DNA of 64,000 nucleotides from a virus (taxonomy: Duplodnaviria > Caudoviricetes), in IMG/VR virus record IMGVR_UViG_3300010998_000021, positions 32,001 through 96,000 of that record. One strand, written 5' to 3'. Below are positions 31,402 through 40,852 of this stretch, piece after piece (the first letter of the stretch is position 1; each line of letters starts with the position of its first letter). Position numbers and translations under genes: made by a program. The notes below the pieces were generated by a model, which was not told where the DNA came from, searched no databases, and saw nothing but the letters and a program-made list of their open reading frames with translations.

Positions 31402-33735
31402 TTATTTAATTGTTGCCAAAGATTTGAACGTAAGAACGCCAGCAACTCCATCTACTTCAAGATTATATTGCTTCTGATATGTTTTTAATGCTTTAATCAT
31501 TTTATCGTTTGCAACCAATCCATAAGGTTCAATTCCATTAATATATAAACCGATTCCGAGAACAGTTGCGAGATCGCTTTTAGTGTTCAACATTACAACA
31601 TATTTCTTTAAAGATGATTCCGTCTTTGCGCCAAAAATGCCATCTACAATTAATCCACAACCATGTGATCTGTTTAACGCTGTTTGAATAGCTTTAATAA
31701 ATGCTTTCCTTGTGTTCTTTCCGTATTCGCCATCAACTTCGAGATTTGCATGAATATAATTGTTCAGGTGTACTTGACCGCATTTTACGAGATTTAACTT
31801 TTTATCTTTATTGATTTCTATATCTGTAACAAAAGGTAATCTATAAGCACAAACAAATCCGTTTATTGGTTCAACGAACGGTTGATTGCTTTTTAATCTT
31901 GCATCAGAACCACCGTCATATCTTTCATACATTCCATTTTCCTTTTTATTCCCGACAAGGAATACATGACCTGTTAAGAATACAATGTCACCAGCTTTAA
32001 CCTCTGTCAACTTTGTTATTTTCTTAACACCTTGATAATTAGAAAGATATTTTTCCAATGCACCAACATTTCTATTTCCAACATCTTTTAATCCGGCATT
32101 CCATAGGATCATGTCAACAAGCCTGTCACAAGATGCTAAATGTTCATATTTATATACAGACGGTAAGAATGCAGCATTTCCATAATTCCATCCTTTTACA
32201 TAATCGGTTGTCTCTTTAGCTATTTTAAGGAAACCAGATACATTTAAGGATAATTTAGAGTTTTTAGCATCTTTTAGCAATTCATTTAAAGCCTTGTCAG
32301 ATTCATTTCCGTAAATGCCATCCTCTTCAAGTCCACAAGATTTCTGTAAAGCTAACACAGACTTTTCTGTTATATCACCGAATGAACCATCACAAAACTT
32401 AGAAGGATTGCTATAATATCCACAGTCAGCAAATCCCACAAGAAGGAGATTTTCTTGCAATGTCTTTACGTCATTGCCGTTCATTCCTTTCTTTAAATAG
32501 ATTTCCTCTACATAGTCATATCTTGGTCTACCAAATCCGGCTACCCGATTTCCATTTCCGACTTGTGCATAACTATAAGAGTGTCTCGCAACGCAACCAC
32601 CATTAGTTGTAAATCCATCTGAATTTGTATTACCTTCTATAGTATGTACGATCTTAGATGATTTATCTACACTTTCAACGTATCCTACATGGCATATTCT
32701 TCCCATAGAGGATGAATAGAAATAAATGACATCGCCTTTCTCTGGTGTAGTATACCACCTTCCGGCGTTTTTAAAGTAAGATGAGCCATCAGGAGTGTAT
32801 CCAGTCATATAATTTCCAGAATTAGTTTGGCATAAAAACTCCTTTGCGTTAGCAATGCTACCTGTTACCTCTACGGCAACACCATCCACAAAATACTGAC
32901 ACCATTGATCCCCGTTCCCTGCTCCTGCTAACGGTTGAAATTTTTGATAATTTCCACTTCCTGCATCGGCAGTAAATGATTCCATATCAGCACTCGCATG
33001 ATTTTTCTCTCTATACCCTATATAATGTTTTGCTCTTTCAATAATTTTTTCTGCTGTAATTCCCATACTATCTACCGCCTTATCTTGACTTACATCAGAT
33101 GAATCTACATACTTTTCAATAAATTCTTTACATTTTTGATGGCGTGACCAGAATAAAGAATCGCCTACTTGGTTATTAGATGATTTATCGTTTTGGTCTT
33201 TCTTTAAAGAAGCCATTATTGCATCTAAACTATAATCACCTTTACAACGATTAAAGATTCTTTCAGCCGGATTCTTACCACCTAAATGTCTGATTTCGCA
33301 ATACATCATGATTGCTCTGATATCTTTTGTATAATTTGATTCACAATCAGAAATAAACTTCTTCATCAGTTCGGCAAATAATTCATCTTGACATTTCTTT
33401 CCAGTATCAGTTGTTATTAATCTGATAAGGGTATTCTTCTGAGAAGAAGTAGGATTCCAACGAATCGCAACCCAATCCTTAGAAAGCATAGACTTGATTG
33501 AACCATTTGAATCAATTTGCTCAAATTCACTTGGATTCGCATCATAAATCAGTTGAATTAACTTCTTAGCTTCAGAACCATAGTTTTGCGCCCATCCAAG
33601 TGTTACTGTATATTCTTTGCTTGTATTTTCAAACTGTCCTGCATACGCATCGTATCTGCGATTGCCATAAATCTGACCACCAGATTCAACAGCACCGATA
33701 ATGTTTACGAGAACGCCCATGTTTTTACTATTCAT
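31402..33735 (-). CDS. Multi-domain peptidoglycan hydrolase/endolysin
   Basis: Lysozyme-like N-terminus (VESGG), CHAP domain (WCQYFV, HVG, EGNT), several DG.(F/Y)G..T peptidoglycan-binding repeats and a second Cys/His domain (SCD..GHV). Confidence 0.85.
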   Translation of the reverse strand: MNSKNMGVLVNIIGAVESGGQIYGNRRYDAYAGQFENTSKEYTVTLGWAQNYGSEAKKLIQLIYDANPSEFEQIDSNGSIKSMLSKDWVAIRWNPTSSQKNTLIRLITTDTGKKCQDELFAELMKKFISDCESNYTKDIRAIMMYCEIRHLGGKNPAERIFNRCKGDYSLDAIMASLKKDQNDKSSNNQVGDSLFWSRHQKCKEFIEKYVDSSDVSQDKAVDSMGITAEKIIERAKHYIGYREKNHASADMESFTADAGSGNYQKFQPLAGAGNGDQWCQYFVDGVAVEVTGSIANAKEFLCQTNSGNYMTGYTPDGSSYFKNAGRWYTTPEKGDVIYFYSSSMGRICHVGYVESVDKSSKIVHTIEGNTNSDGFTTNGGCVARHSYSYAQVGNGNRVAGFGRPRYDYVEEIYLKKGMNGNDVKTLQENLLLVGFADCGYYSNPSKFCDGSFGDITEKSVLALQKSCGLEEDGIYGNESDKALNELLKDAKNSKLSLNVSGFLKIAKETTDYVKGWNYGNAAFLPSVYKYEHLASCDRLVDMILWNAGLKDVGNRNVGALEKYLSNYQGVKKITKLTEVKAGDIVFLTGHVFLVGNKKENGMYERYDGGSDARLKSNQPFVEPINGFVCAYRLPFVTDIEINKDKKLNLVKCGQVHLNNYIHANLEVDGEYGKNTRKAFIKAIQTALNRSHGCGLIVDGIFGAKTESSLKKYVVMLNTKSDLATVLGIGLYINGIEPYGLVANDKMIKALKTYQKQYNLEVDGVAGVLTFKSLATIK

Positions 33736-33792
33736 TTATTTTCCTCCACTAAAAAAGCAGAGCATATTTCGCTCTGCATAAACATATAATAT

Positions 33793-33865
33793 TGCTACGC
33801 ACCAGAATCGAACTGATTTATCCAACCTTATGAGGGTTAGCAAGATTCCAACCTATACCGCCAGC
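33793..33865 (-). tRNA. Atypical tRNA with CAT anticodon
   Basis: Anticodon loop CTCATAA and T arm ATCAG-TTCGATT-CTGGT; acceptor and D stems are imperfect. Confidence 0.55.
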
Positions 33866-33872
33866 TATAAAA

Positions 33873-33946
33873 CTGCCCCTGTCGGACTCGAACCAACGAC
33901 TTCTTGCTTAACAGGCAAGCGTTACTACCAACTGAACTAAAGGGCA
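33873..33946 (-). tRNA. tRNA-Asn(GTT)
   Basis: Full cloverleaf, CTTGC-CTGTTAA-GCAAG, GGTTCGAGTCC; CCA not encoded. Confidence 0.92.
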
Positions 33947-33964
33947 AAAATAAAGAAGAGTAGT

Positions 33965-34414
33965 TTACTCTTCTAAAAAATAATTAATTAACTTTTCTAT
34001 ACATTCTATTACGTCATCATTATGTTTATTTATTTCATATTCAAAACAAATTGAACCTTCTGCTGATTTAACAATGAGTGAATTAGCGTCACCGTCAATT
34101 AATGTTAAAATACCATCATTACCAAAATTGTAATATCCTTCTCCATGATATTTATTCTTTTTATGAAACGCTTTTTCACAACTTACATTCATTTCACCAT
34201 CTATTATGACATAATATTCTTTATCGTAACCGTCATACGTTGAATCGTTTATTTCTATGTCTAAGATATTTGTTCTATCAAAACTTATTAATTTTTTTAA
34301 TAGTTTCTTAGCATCTTTATAGAATAATACTGCGTACACAGTAATACCGTAACACGCATTTGCATACATAAAGTTAGCTAACTCTTTGTGGTTTCTAAAA
34401 GTAATTTTATTCAT
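33965..34414 (-). CDS. Hypothetical protein
   Basis: 149-aa ORF in the operon. Confidence 0.6.
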   Translation of the reverse strand: MNKITFRNHKELANFMYANACYGITVYAVLFYKDAKKLLKKLISFDRTNILDIEINDSTYDGYDKEYYVIIDGEMNVSCEKAFHKKNKYHGEGYYNFGNDGILTLIDGDANSLIVKSAEGSICFEYEINKHNDDVIECIEKLINYFLEE

Positions 34415-34419
34415 ATAAA

Positions 34420-34698
34420 TTACCCCATATTTATTGCTTCTTTGATTGGTTTACCAATTTTGCATTTTACTTTTTTCACAGGATCATAGTATTCTTTCTT
34501 TCCAGTCATGGGATTGTAACCATCTCTTCCCTTAAATTCTGTAACTTCAAAACTTACAAATCCCCGAATACTTACCTTTTCGCCTTTTACGAGAGCATCT
34601 TTAACAACATCGCCAAATGTTTCAATCACTGCCTCGCATTCAATTTTTGGCAAACCTAACCTTTTTGAAATTTCTTTAACTATCTCATTTTTTTTCAT
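34420..34698 (-). CDS. hup: HU-like DNA-binding protein
   Basis: MKKNEIV..GEKVSIRGF.SF..R.GYNPMTG motif of the HU/IHF family. Confidence 0.88.
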   Translation of the reverse strand: MKKNEIVKEISKRLGLPKIECEAVIETFGDVVKDALVKGEKVSIRGFVSFEVTEFKGRDGYNPMTGKKEYYDPVKKVKCKIGKPIKEAINMG

Positions 34699-34871
34699 CT
34701 CACTTTCTTCCTTGTTTAAAATACTGGTTTCGTTAAGGTGCTTGCCACCAATTTGAAAGCATTCCACTTTCTTGCGAAATCAACTATTTCGTAAAGTATA
34801 TGCATAGTTTTAACGATGCCAGTTCATCGGCAGATTGCTCCTTAATCCGCATAATTAAAGAATAGACAAAA

Positions 34872-36077
34872 TTAGCAATCAACTTTTACATCGTAAATAC
34901 AAACTAATCCGTTTTCGTCTACAACAGAAATAGTTTGTTCAGGTCTATTCTTTAGGCGTTTGTCTATACAATAATTATCTGAACCACACACACATCCAGA
35001 TTGAATTACCTTTGTATCGTATACTGTAGTTAATGCATTTGTATGTCTATGACCCATCAATACGATATCTGGCTTAATGTTAAATATCATCGTGAACTTT
35101 TGAACCACATCTGCGACATTATCTTTGTCTCCATGTGAACTCATAACTTTATTACCACGTACCTCAAACATAGCAATATCGCAGTCTGTTAAGTTATCGC
35201 ATATATAAACATTGTCACAGTTTTGCAATCTTGCTTTAAGGTAGTAGGGCAGTAGTATATCAAAATTTTCACCACGCAATGAGTGATCTTTGTTTGCTAT
35301 GACACGAGAATGATTCCCCGGAGTTATGTAAACATATACATTATTGAAAGTGCCTGATATTTCTAAAATCATTTCAGATAACATCGAAGAAACCATAATG
35401 AATTGTTCTATTACATTCTCATTATTTTCTATTCTTAGTGTTTCGTGAATTAATCCAGAAATGATTTCACCGATAACAACATAACAATTCTCAGAATTAT
35501 GTCGTTCTTTTATTATGAATAATTGATTAAGATAGTTAATCAATCTTTGCTTTAGAATATCCATATTAAATCTGTTATACCAATTATCAATAAACATTCC
35601 GGCATGTAAATCGGTGATATGGCAAATCAAGTCGTTATCGGATTCTGAAAACACATTGTGTTCATAACCAAGATCAAGCGGAACAACATTTGAAATCTTA
35701 TTAGCAACTAAATCTAAAAATGATTCTGCTCTTGCCTGTTCGCGTAGTTTTCTGTTCAACTCTGTACGTTCGTCAAACATTTTTTGTTTTTCTTTTCTTA
35801 GTTCAAACTTTGCGTCACGCAATTCTTTTAAATATGAGTCATCCGTGTATTTATTAAAAACACCAGAATCATAAAATCTTTTTGCTTGCTGATATGATTT
35901 TCTGTATGCTGCTTCACTTCTGTATTCACTTTCGTCTTCTCTAAATTGTTTATTTATAATATCTGCAATTTCATTCCAACTTAATCCAAGTAGTCCAGAA
36001 TCTTTAGCTTGTCCTAAACGCCATATGAACTGTTCCTCATTTTCATTTGATTGTTTTTCTAAACCGACATTTGACAT
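34872..36077 (-). CDS. Calcineurin-like metallophosphoesterase
   Basis: TDLH, PGNH, HGD and GHRH motifs after a coiled-coil N-terminus. Confidence 0.8.
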   Translation of the reverse strand: MSNVGLEKQSNENEEQFIWRLGQAKDSGLLGLSWNEIADIINKQFREDESEYRSEAAYRKSYQQAKRFYDSGVFNKYTDDSYLKELRDAKFELRKEKQKMFDERTELNRKLREQARAESFLDLVANKISNVVPLDLGYEHNVFSESDNDLICHITDLHAGMFIDNWYNRFNMDILKQRLINYLNQLFIIKERHNSENCYVVIGEIISGLIHETLRIENNENVIEQFIMVSSMLSEMILEISGTFNNVYVYITPGNHSRVIANKDHSLRGENFDILLPYYLKARLQNCDNVYICDNLTDCDIAMFEVRGNKVMSSHGDKDNVADVVQKFTMIFNIKPDIVLMGHRHTNALTTVYDTKVIQSGCVCGSDNYCIDKRLKNRPEQTISVVDENGLVCIYDVKVDC

Positions 36078-36087
36078 GTATTACCTC

Positions 36088-36297
36088 TTACTCGTCTAAA
36101 TCAGTTTCATCTTTGGTTGATATAGTAACGCTTACTTCTTCGTTTAAAAACTGATTAAACAAATCTAACACACTCACTGTTAATTCTTCATTACCATTTT
36201 CATATTCTATATATGTTTCATCATCTGCGTTTAAGACATACCCTTTTACTTTTATTACGTCTGATACTGTTCGTGTATGTTTATAATTGTTAGCCAT
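36088..36297 (-). CDS. Small acidic protein (YonK-like)
   Basis: 69 aa; sits beside the phosphoesterase as in SPbeta-like phages. Confidence 0.5.
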   Translation of the reverse strand: MANNYKHTRTVSDVIKVKGYVLNADDETYIEYENGNEELTVSVLDLFNQFLNEEVSVTISTKDETDLDE

Positions 36298-36311
36298 TAT
36301 CTCCCGTCCTT

Positions 36312-36917
36312 TTAAATAATATCGTCTATATCACAATCTATCCCAACTATATCTGTGACTACACCAAGTTTCTTTGCTTCTTCAGGATACATATACCATT
36401 CTTTTCTATATTGTTCCTGATATAAAGACTCTGAAATATGAGTTCTTGAAAGAACATAATCCATAATATGTTTTTCCATTTGATTGTTTTCAAATTCCAT
36501 TCTGTCTTTTGCTTTGCTCATAGTATCATAAACAGAACTACTTCCTTCATGACAAAGGAACGTGGAATTTATAGTGGCGTATCGTTTAGTACCTGAAAGA
36601 AATATTAAAAATCCCATAGAATAACTTGTGCCAATATTAACGGTGTATACAGGAGTTTTACTTGCGACAACAGCATCAATGATTGCAAATCCATCACTCA
36701 CAGAACCGCCAAGTGAGTTGATATAAATAAATATTGGTTTTCTATCTTCTATAGATTTACCTTTGTCATCACGGTTATATTTCATAATCATATAAGTTAT
36801 AGATTCGGATGTTGATTCATCGATAATGTTATTTATATAAATTGTCCTACACTCTCTATCATATAACTCATCTAAATCACCTAAACAATAAGTTACTGTC
36901 TCTTTCATATTTTCCAT
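36312..36917 (-). CDS. clpP: ClpP-like protease
   Basis: YINSLGGSV, SMG (catalytic Ser), HEG, EEAKKLG. Confidence 0.85.
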   Translation of the reverse strand: MENMKETVTYCLGDLDELYDRECRTIYINNIIDESTSESITYMIMKYNRDDKGKSIEDRKPIFIYINSLGGSVSDGFAIIDAVVASKTPVYTVNIGTSYSMGFLIFLSGTKRYATINSTFLCHEGSSSVYDTMSKAKDRMEFENNQMEKHIMDYVLSRTHISESLYQEQYRKEWYMYPEEAKKLGVVTDIVGIDCDIDDII

Positions 36918-36928
36918 TATCTCTTCTC

Positions 36929-38371
36929 CTATATATAAACAACCATTTCTTTATTGGCGCAAACGACCTTATATGTCTTGTTATTTTTAGATATTTGTTC
37001 TCTAAGATTTTCTGCCAAGCAACATTTAGAAGATTCAGAACCATGCACAAGTATGAGTTTAGTTGTATTTAATGAACTCCCGTATTTAACAAGGTCATTA
37101 TGATCTGCATGACTGCTAAATGTTGACAAAGAAATGCAGTCTGCTTTGTTCGGAATGCGCTCTTTGTTAATACTTATAGTAGAACGGTTGTTATAATTTT
37201 TAATTCTATATGAAAGATATGACGGATTATCACCGACATATCCTGAAAAAATAATCATGCTATTGGTATTTTTAAGATGCTTTTTCAAATAATTAACAAC
37301 TCTTCCGTTTGTACAAAAGCCAGAAGATGATATAACAATCTTTGGTTTGTTATCAGCGATGTAAGACTGAGACAATGCCTTATCTGAAACAAATTTTACA
37401 TGTTTCCATTTGCGAACTTTGTTCCATAAATTTAAATTTTCTCCGTCTAAAATGCACGAATATAAATCACTTATTTCGCAACTAAGTTTTGAATCAACAA
37501 TAATTTCAGTATTAAATGCATCATCATTATGGAACAGAATATATAGATTAGTCAGTAGTTCCTGTGTTCTACTAAAACTAAAACAAGGAAGGATAACACT
37601 TCCTTTTCGCTCGATAACTGTATTGATTGCCACCCTTAAATGTTCTAAATCAAATTGTCTACTTTTCTTTGATAATCGCTTATCACTCCCATATGTAGAT
37701 TCACAAATTGTAACATCTGAAAAAGCGTCTGGTATTTCTGTATTTGGAACGTAATGATTATCAGTTTTTAATGAACCTAAGTCTGAAGTATATAATATCT
37801 TTTTGGTTTTTAATTTTCCTTTCAGTATTAGCTGTAATTGCGCTGCGCCTATACAATGCGAATTTTTTAACCATTGAAAGCCAACTGTATCATTAAGATT
37901 TATTATCGTATTATAATCATCGTATTCATACACAAGTTTCATTGTTTCTATTACATCATTTTCTGTATAAAGCGGATTGTATACTCTATGGTATTTCTTA
38001 GATAATAGTCGTGCTTCTTCATTCAAGATATATGAACTATTTAAAAGAAGTGACTTCATTATTTTTGCTGTATTACTTGTGACTATTATTTTCCCACTGA
38101 ACCCTTCTTTGACAAGCCGAGGAATTAAACCAGTGTGGTCTATGTGAGCATGGCATACAAATACGAAGTCAATATCTTTTGGATTAAACTTAAATTTTTC
38201 ACTATTAATCCTATAGCTGTCTAAATAGTCATTGCTACTTGACTGGTAGAGTCCACATTCAAGAAGTATTTGACAATCACCAAATCTGACAAGGTACTGC
38301 GATCCAGTTACTTCTATTGACGATTGACCTAAGAAGTATATGCCATCACGTTTATATTTCTTTTTTGCCAT
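36929..38371 (-). CDS. Metallo-beta-lactamase/beta-CASP ribonuclease
   Basis: EVTGS, HAHIDH, SHCIGA, ESTYG, FSSHAD, LVHG. Confidence 0.88.
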   Translation of the reverse strand: MAKKKYKRDGIYFLGQSSIEVTGSQYLVRFGDCQILLECGLYQSSSNDYLDSYRINSEKFKFNPKDIDFVFVCHAHIDHTGLIPRLVKEGFSGKIIVTSNTAKIMKSLLLNSSYILNEEARLLSKKYHRVYNPLYTENDVIETMKLVYEYDDYNTIINLNDTVGFQWLKNSHCIGAAQLQLILKGKLKTKKILYTSDLGSLKTDNHYVPNTEIPDAFSDVTICESTYGSDKRLSKKSRQFDLEHLRVAINTVIERKGSVILPCFSFSRTQELLTNLYILFHNDDAFNTEIIVDSKLSCEISDLYSCILDGENLNLWNKVRKWKHVKFVSDKALSQSYIADNKPKIVISSSGFCTNGRVVNYLKKHLKNTNSMIIFSGYVGDNPSYLSYRIKNYNNRSTISINKERIPNKADCISLSTFSSHADHNDLVKYGSSLNTTKLILVHGSESSKCCLAENLREQISKNNKTYKVVCANKEMVVYI

Positions 38372-38405
38372 ACAATTACCGCCTATTATTTCGTAATTTT
38401 TAAAA

Positions 38406-38495
38406 CGGCGAGAGTAGGATTTGAACCCACGAACCGCTCAACACGGTTTTCTGTTTTCAAGACAGACGCTTTAAACCAAACTCAGCCATCTCGCC
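38406..38495 (-). tRNA. tRNA-Ser(TGA)
   Basis: Cloverleaf with long variable arm; anticodon loop CTTGAAA. Confidence 0.92.
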
Positions 38496-38506
38496 AATCT
38501 GATAAA

Positions 38507-38591
38507 TGGGTAGAGTAGGAGTCGAACCTACGATGTTTCCAATGTGCCAGATTTACAGTCTGGTGCAATCGCCAACTATGCATACCTACCC
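38507..38591 (-). tRNA. tRNA-Tyr(GTA)
   Basis: CCAGA-CTGTAAA-TCTGG, variable arm, GGTTCGACTCC. Confidence 0.92.
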
Positions 38592-38593
38592 AT

Positions 38594-39038
38594 GAATAAA
38601 TGCATAGCGTCTTTATAGAAAACTGAATAAATATAATCCAACCAATTATCATTGATAATACGTAGTAGTTTGTTACGTTCTATCAATTATCTTCTAAGCA
38701 CTCAAATATAGAATTATCCAATAAATAAGAATAATAAAAGACTGTATCGCTGGTTGAATTATCGAATATTGTAAGAATGGATTCTGAAAGTGAGTAGGAC
38801 GTATAACGGAAAGCGCGAAACGCTTATCGATGTGTTTTGCATATAACCTATCTGATATTTTCCCAATCCAAATCTATGAAAATTATCGGGCTTGTTGTTC
38901 ATCAAACATAAATTTTTTAAATGTAAAACAGATTTACATGGCATAAGGGATACCGCCCACGCAGCCTTATATTTCATCTGCGTCTGAAACGATTGAATTA
39001 CAAAATTCAGTTCTCAATAAAGACACTATGCATTACTC
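38594..39038 (-). ncRNA. Candidate large structured ncRNA (~445 nt)
   Basis: The two ends form a ~30-bp stem (39005-39034 with 38599-38628) whose G.U pairs work on the minus strand; no credible ORF. Confidence 0.65.
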
Positions 39039-39090
39039 CAAATATTGAAATGTTATAATTCCATAAATGGAAATTTCTTGTTATATCTAT

Positions 39091-39726
39091 TTATGAATTT
39101 AAATTTTTAGCATATGATTCAACAACATCCTCGAAACTTTCACCGATTTCAAAGATTGGCTCATAGTCAACTTTTGAATGTAGTTGCATTTCATCAATGG
39201 CATCTGATGTTTCATCTAATTCATGTCTAAGCCGTGAAATCTTACCCTTGATTAAATTCCTATCGAAATCAATGGTTGTTACTTGCTCTATATCATATTT
39301 GTACTGGACTTGTTCACCGTCTGCATTAAACTTATCAGATTCGCCTTTTATAGTAGACTCTGATGCTTTCAATCCTGCCATTGTTTCATAAGTCCTTAGT
39401 ATATTTCTCTTTTTATTATTCATAGCAATCATGGCATCATAAGATTTATCTTCGTATGATTTTGCCTTATTTATTGCATGTGTTAGATAATCAATCTCGT
39501 TGACAAGAATATCTATAAAGCTAACAAGATCATTGATTCCATATGGATGTTCAACTTGTTTCTTTACAACAATTACTTCATCTGTTGCTTCTGAATAAGA
39601 TTTTTTACGAAGATGTTTCTGTGTCGTAGTTGTAATATTGTCTCGATAAGATAATACTGATAATGCACTACTGAGCAATTCTGATAAGTAATTCTGATAC
39701 TCGAATGATTTCTTTAACGTAATCAT
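39091..39726 (-). CDS. Coiled-coil protein resembling the DIP1984-like family
   Basis: AGGAGG RBS; 211-aa helical pattern (L..AINKA.., FD..L..KI..L..E.DE.S..ID). Confidence 0.65.
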   Translation of the reverse strand: MITLKKSFEYQNYLSELLSSALSVLSYRDNITTTTQKHLRKKSYSEATDEVIVVKKQVEHPYGINDLVSFIDILVNEIDYLTHAINKAKSYEDKSYDAMIAMNNKKRNILRTYETMAGLKASESTIKGESDKFNADGEQVQYKYDIEQVTTIDFDRNLIKGKISRLRHELDETSDAIDEMQLHSKVDYEPIFEIGESFEDVVESYAKNLNS

Positions 39727-39978
39727 TTCTTTCCTCCTGACTCATATATTGTTATAACTATTTATTCAAAACTTTTCTGAAAGCGCACCCGATACAGAGC
39801 GAATCCTACACCGAGTACGCAAACAAGAAAAGAGAGAGATAAAGAAAGTGAAAGGGCAATCATATATTCCCTTCATATCACGGAATTATAAAAGTGTTAA
39901 AGTACACGTTAAAAAACACGCAAAAATAGCCACTTTGAAGCAATATAGAAAATTATTGAGTAAAATTGCTGTGCGGAA

Positions 39979-40845
39979 TTATTTTGAATTATTTCTTGAA
40001 CGTTGTTTTCTTTCTCTGTCTTTTGCTTTTCTATATTCAGACTGACATTTTTGACAACGAACGGTTTTATTATTTGTTGAACTAACTATAAATGCATTAC
40101 CACAGTCAACACACGTAACTACTTTTGTTTTAATTGGTGTGTATGTAGCACAGCAATCGCAATATTTCTTGTTATGAAATTTATTATCTTTTACAAGTCT
40201 GCCACATTCTGCACACCTTATAAAGTCACCACCTTGATATAAAAGATATTCATTTCCAAGTTCTCTAAAATCTGATATATGTAATGTCTTTTCATCATCG
40301 TCATCTATAAACAAAACTTGTAAATTGAGGTTATCAATTCTATTCGCAAATTTTACCATGCCTTTTCGTATAAGATCACCGATGCGCTTTGCCCTTAATT
40401 TATTAGCACATTTAACACCAGCCATATCAAATATATCCTTAATTTCAAAATTAACCCAATTATTATTTTTTGCAAACTTTTGATTTTGATATTTTGCAAG
40501 ACACAACATAGTAAAAGCAAGTTTTTCGAGAATCGTGTTTTTTAATTCAGATATCGTTTTTAATTCACATTTTGTTACCCATACACCATCTGATTCAAAT
40601 AGTGGATATTTATTTATAGTTGCAACAATTTTTTCTATTGTGTCACTCCATTCACCCATGCTTGCAGTATATCTTGGATAAGTAGATTTTAAAAAATCGT
40701 GTAACATTGTGCGTATTTCTTTCTTTTTTATGCCGATACTATAATAGTATTTAGCAAGAATAATAACAGTAATGTATGGATTGTCACCAATATCATTTTT
40801 TCTTAACCGCTCATTCGCATATTCACTTTCGTTAAGTATAATCAT
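39979..40845 (-). CDS. Zn-ribbon protein of the RNA polymerase operon
   Basis: C-terminal CxxC pairs and a basic tail. Confidence 0.65.
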   Translation of the reverse strand: MIILNESEYANERLRKNDIGDNPYITVIILAKYYYSIGIKKKEIRTMLHDFLKSTYPRYTASMGEWSDTIEKIVATINKYPLFESDGVWVTKCELKTISELKNTILEKLAFTMLCLAKYQNQKFAKNNNWVNFEIKDIFDMAGVKCANKLRAKRIGDLIRKGMVKFANRIDNLNLQVLFIDDDDEKTLHISDFRELGNEYLLYQGGDFIRCAECGRLVKDNKFHNKKYCDCCATYTPIKTKVVTCVDCGNAFIVSSTNNKTVRCQKCQSEYRKAKDRERKQRSRNNSK

Positions 40846-40852
40846 TTAAGAA

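Noticed and set aside
34725-34835. Possible hammerhead ribozyme (CCGATGA...GAAAC)
   Set aside because: The core is not CUGANGA, and the stem order and UH site do not fit.
38759-38977. 72-aa ORF inside the candidate ncRNA
   Set aside because: No RBS, and it lies wholly within the closed RNA stem.
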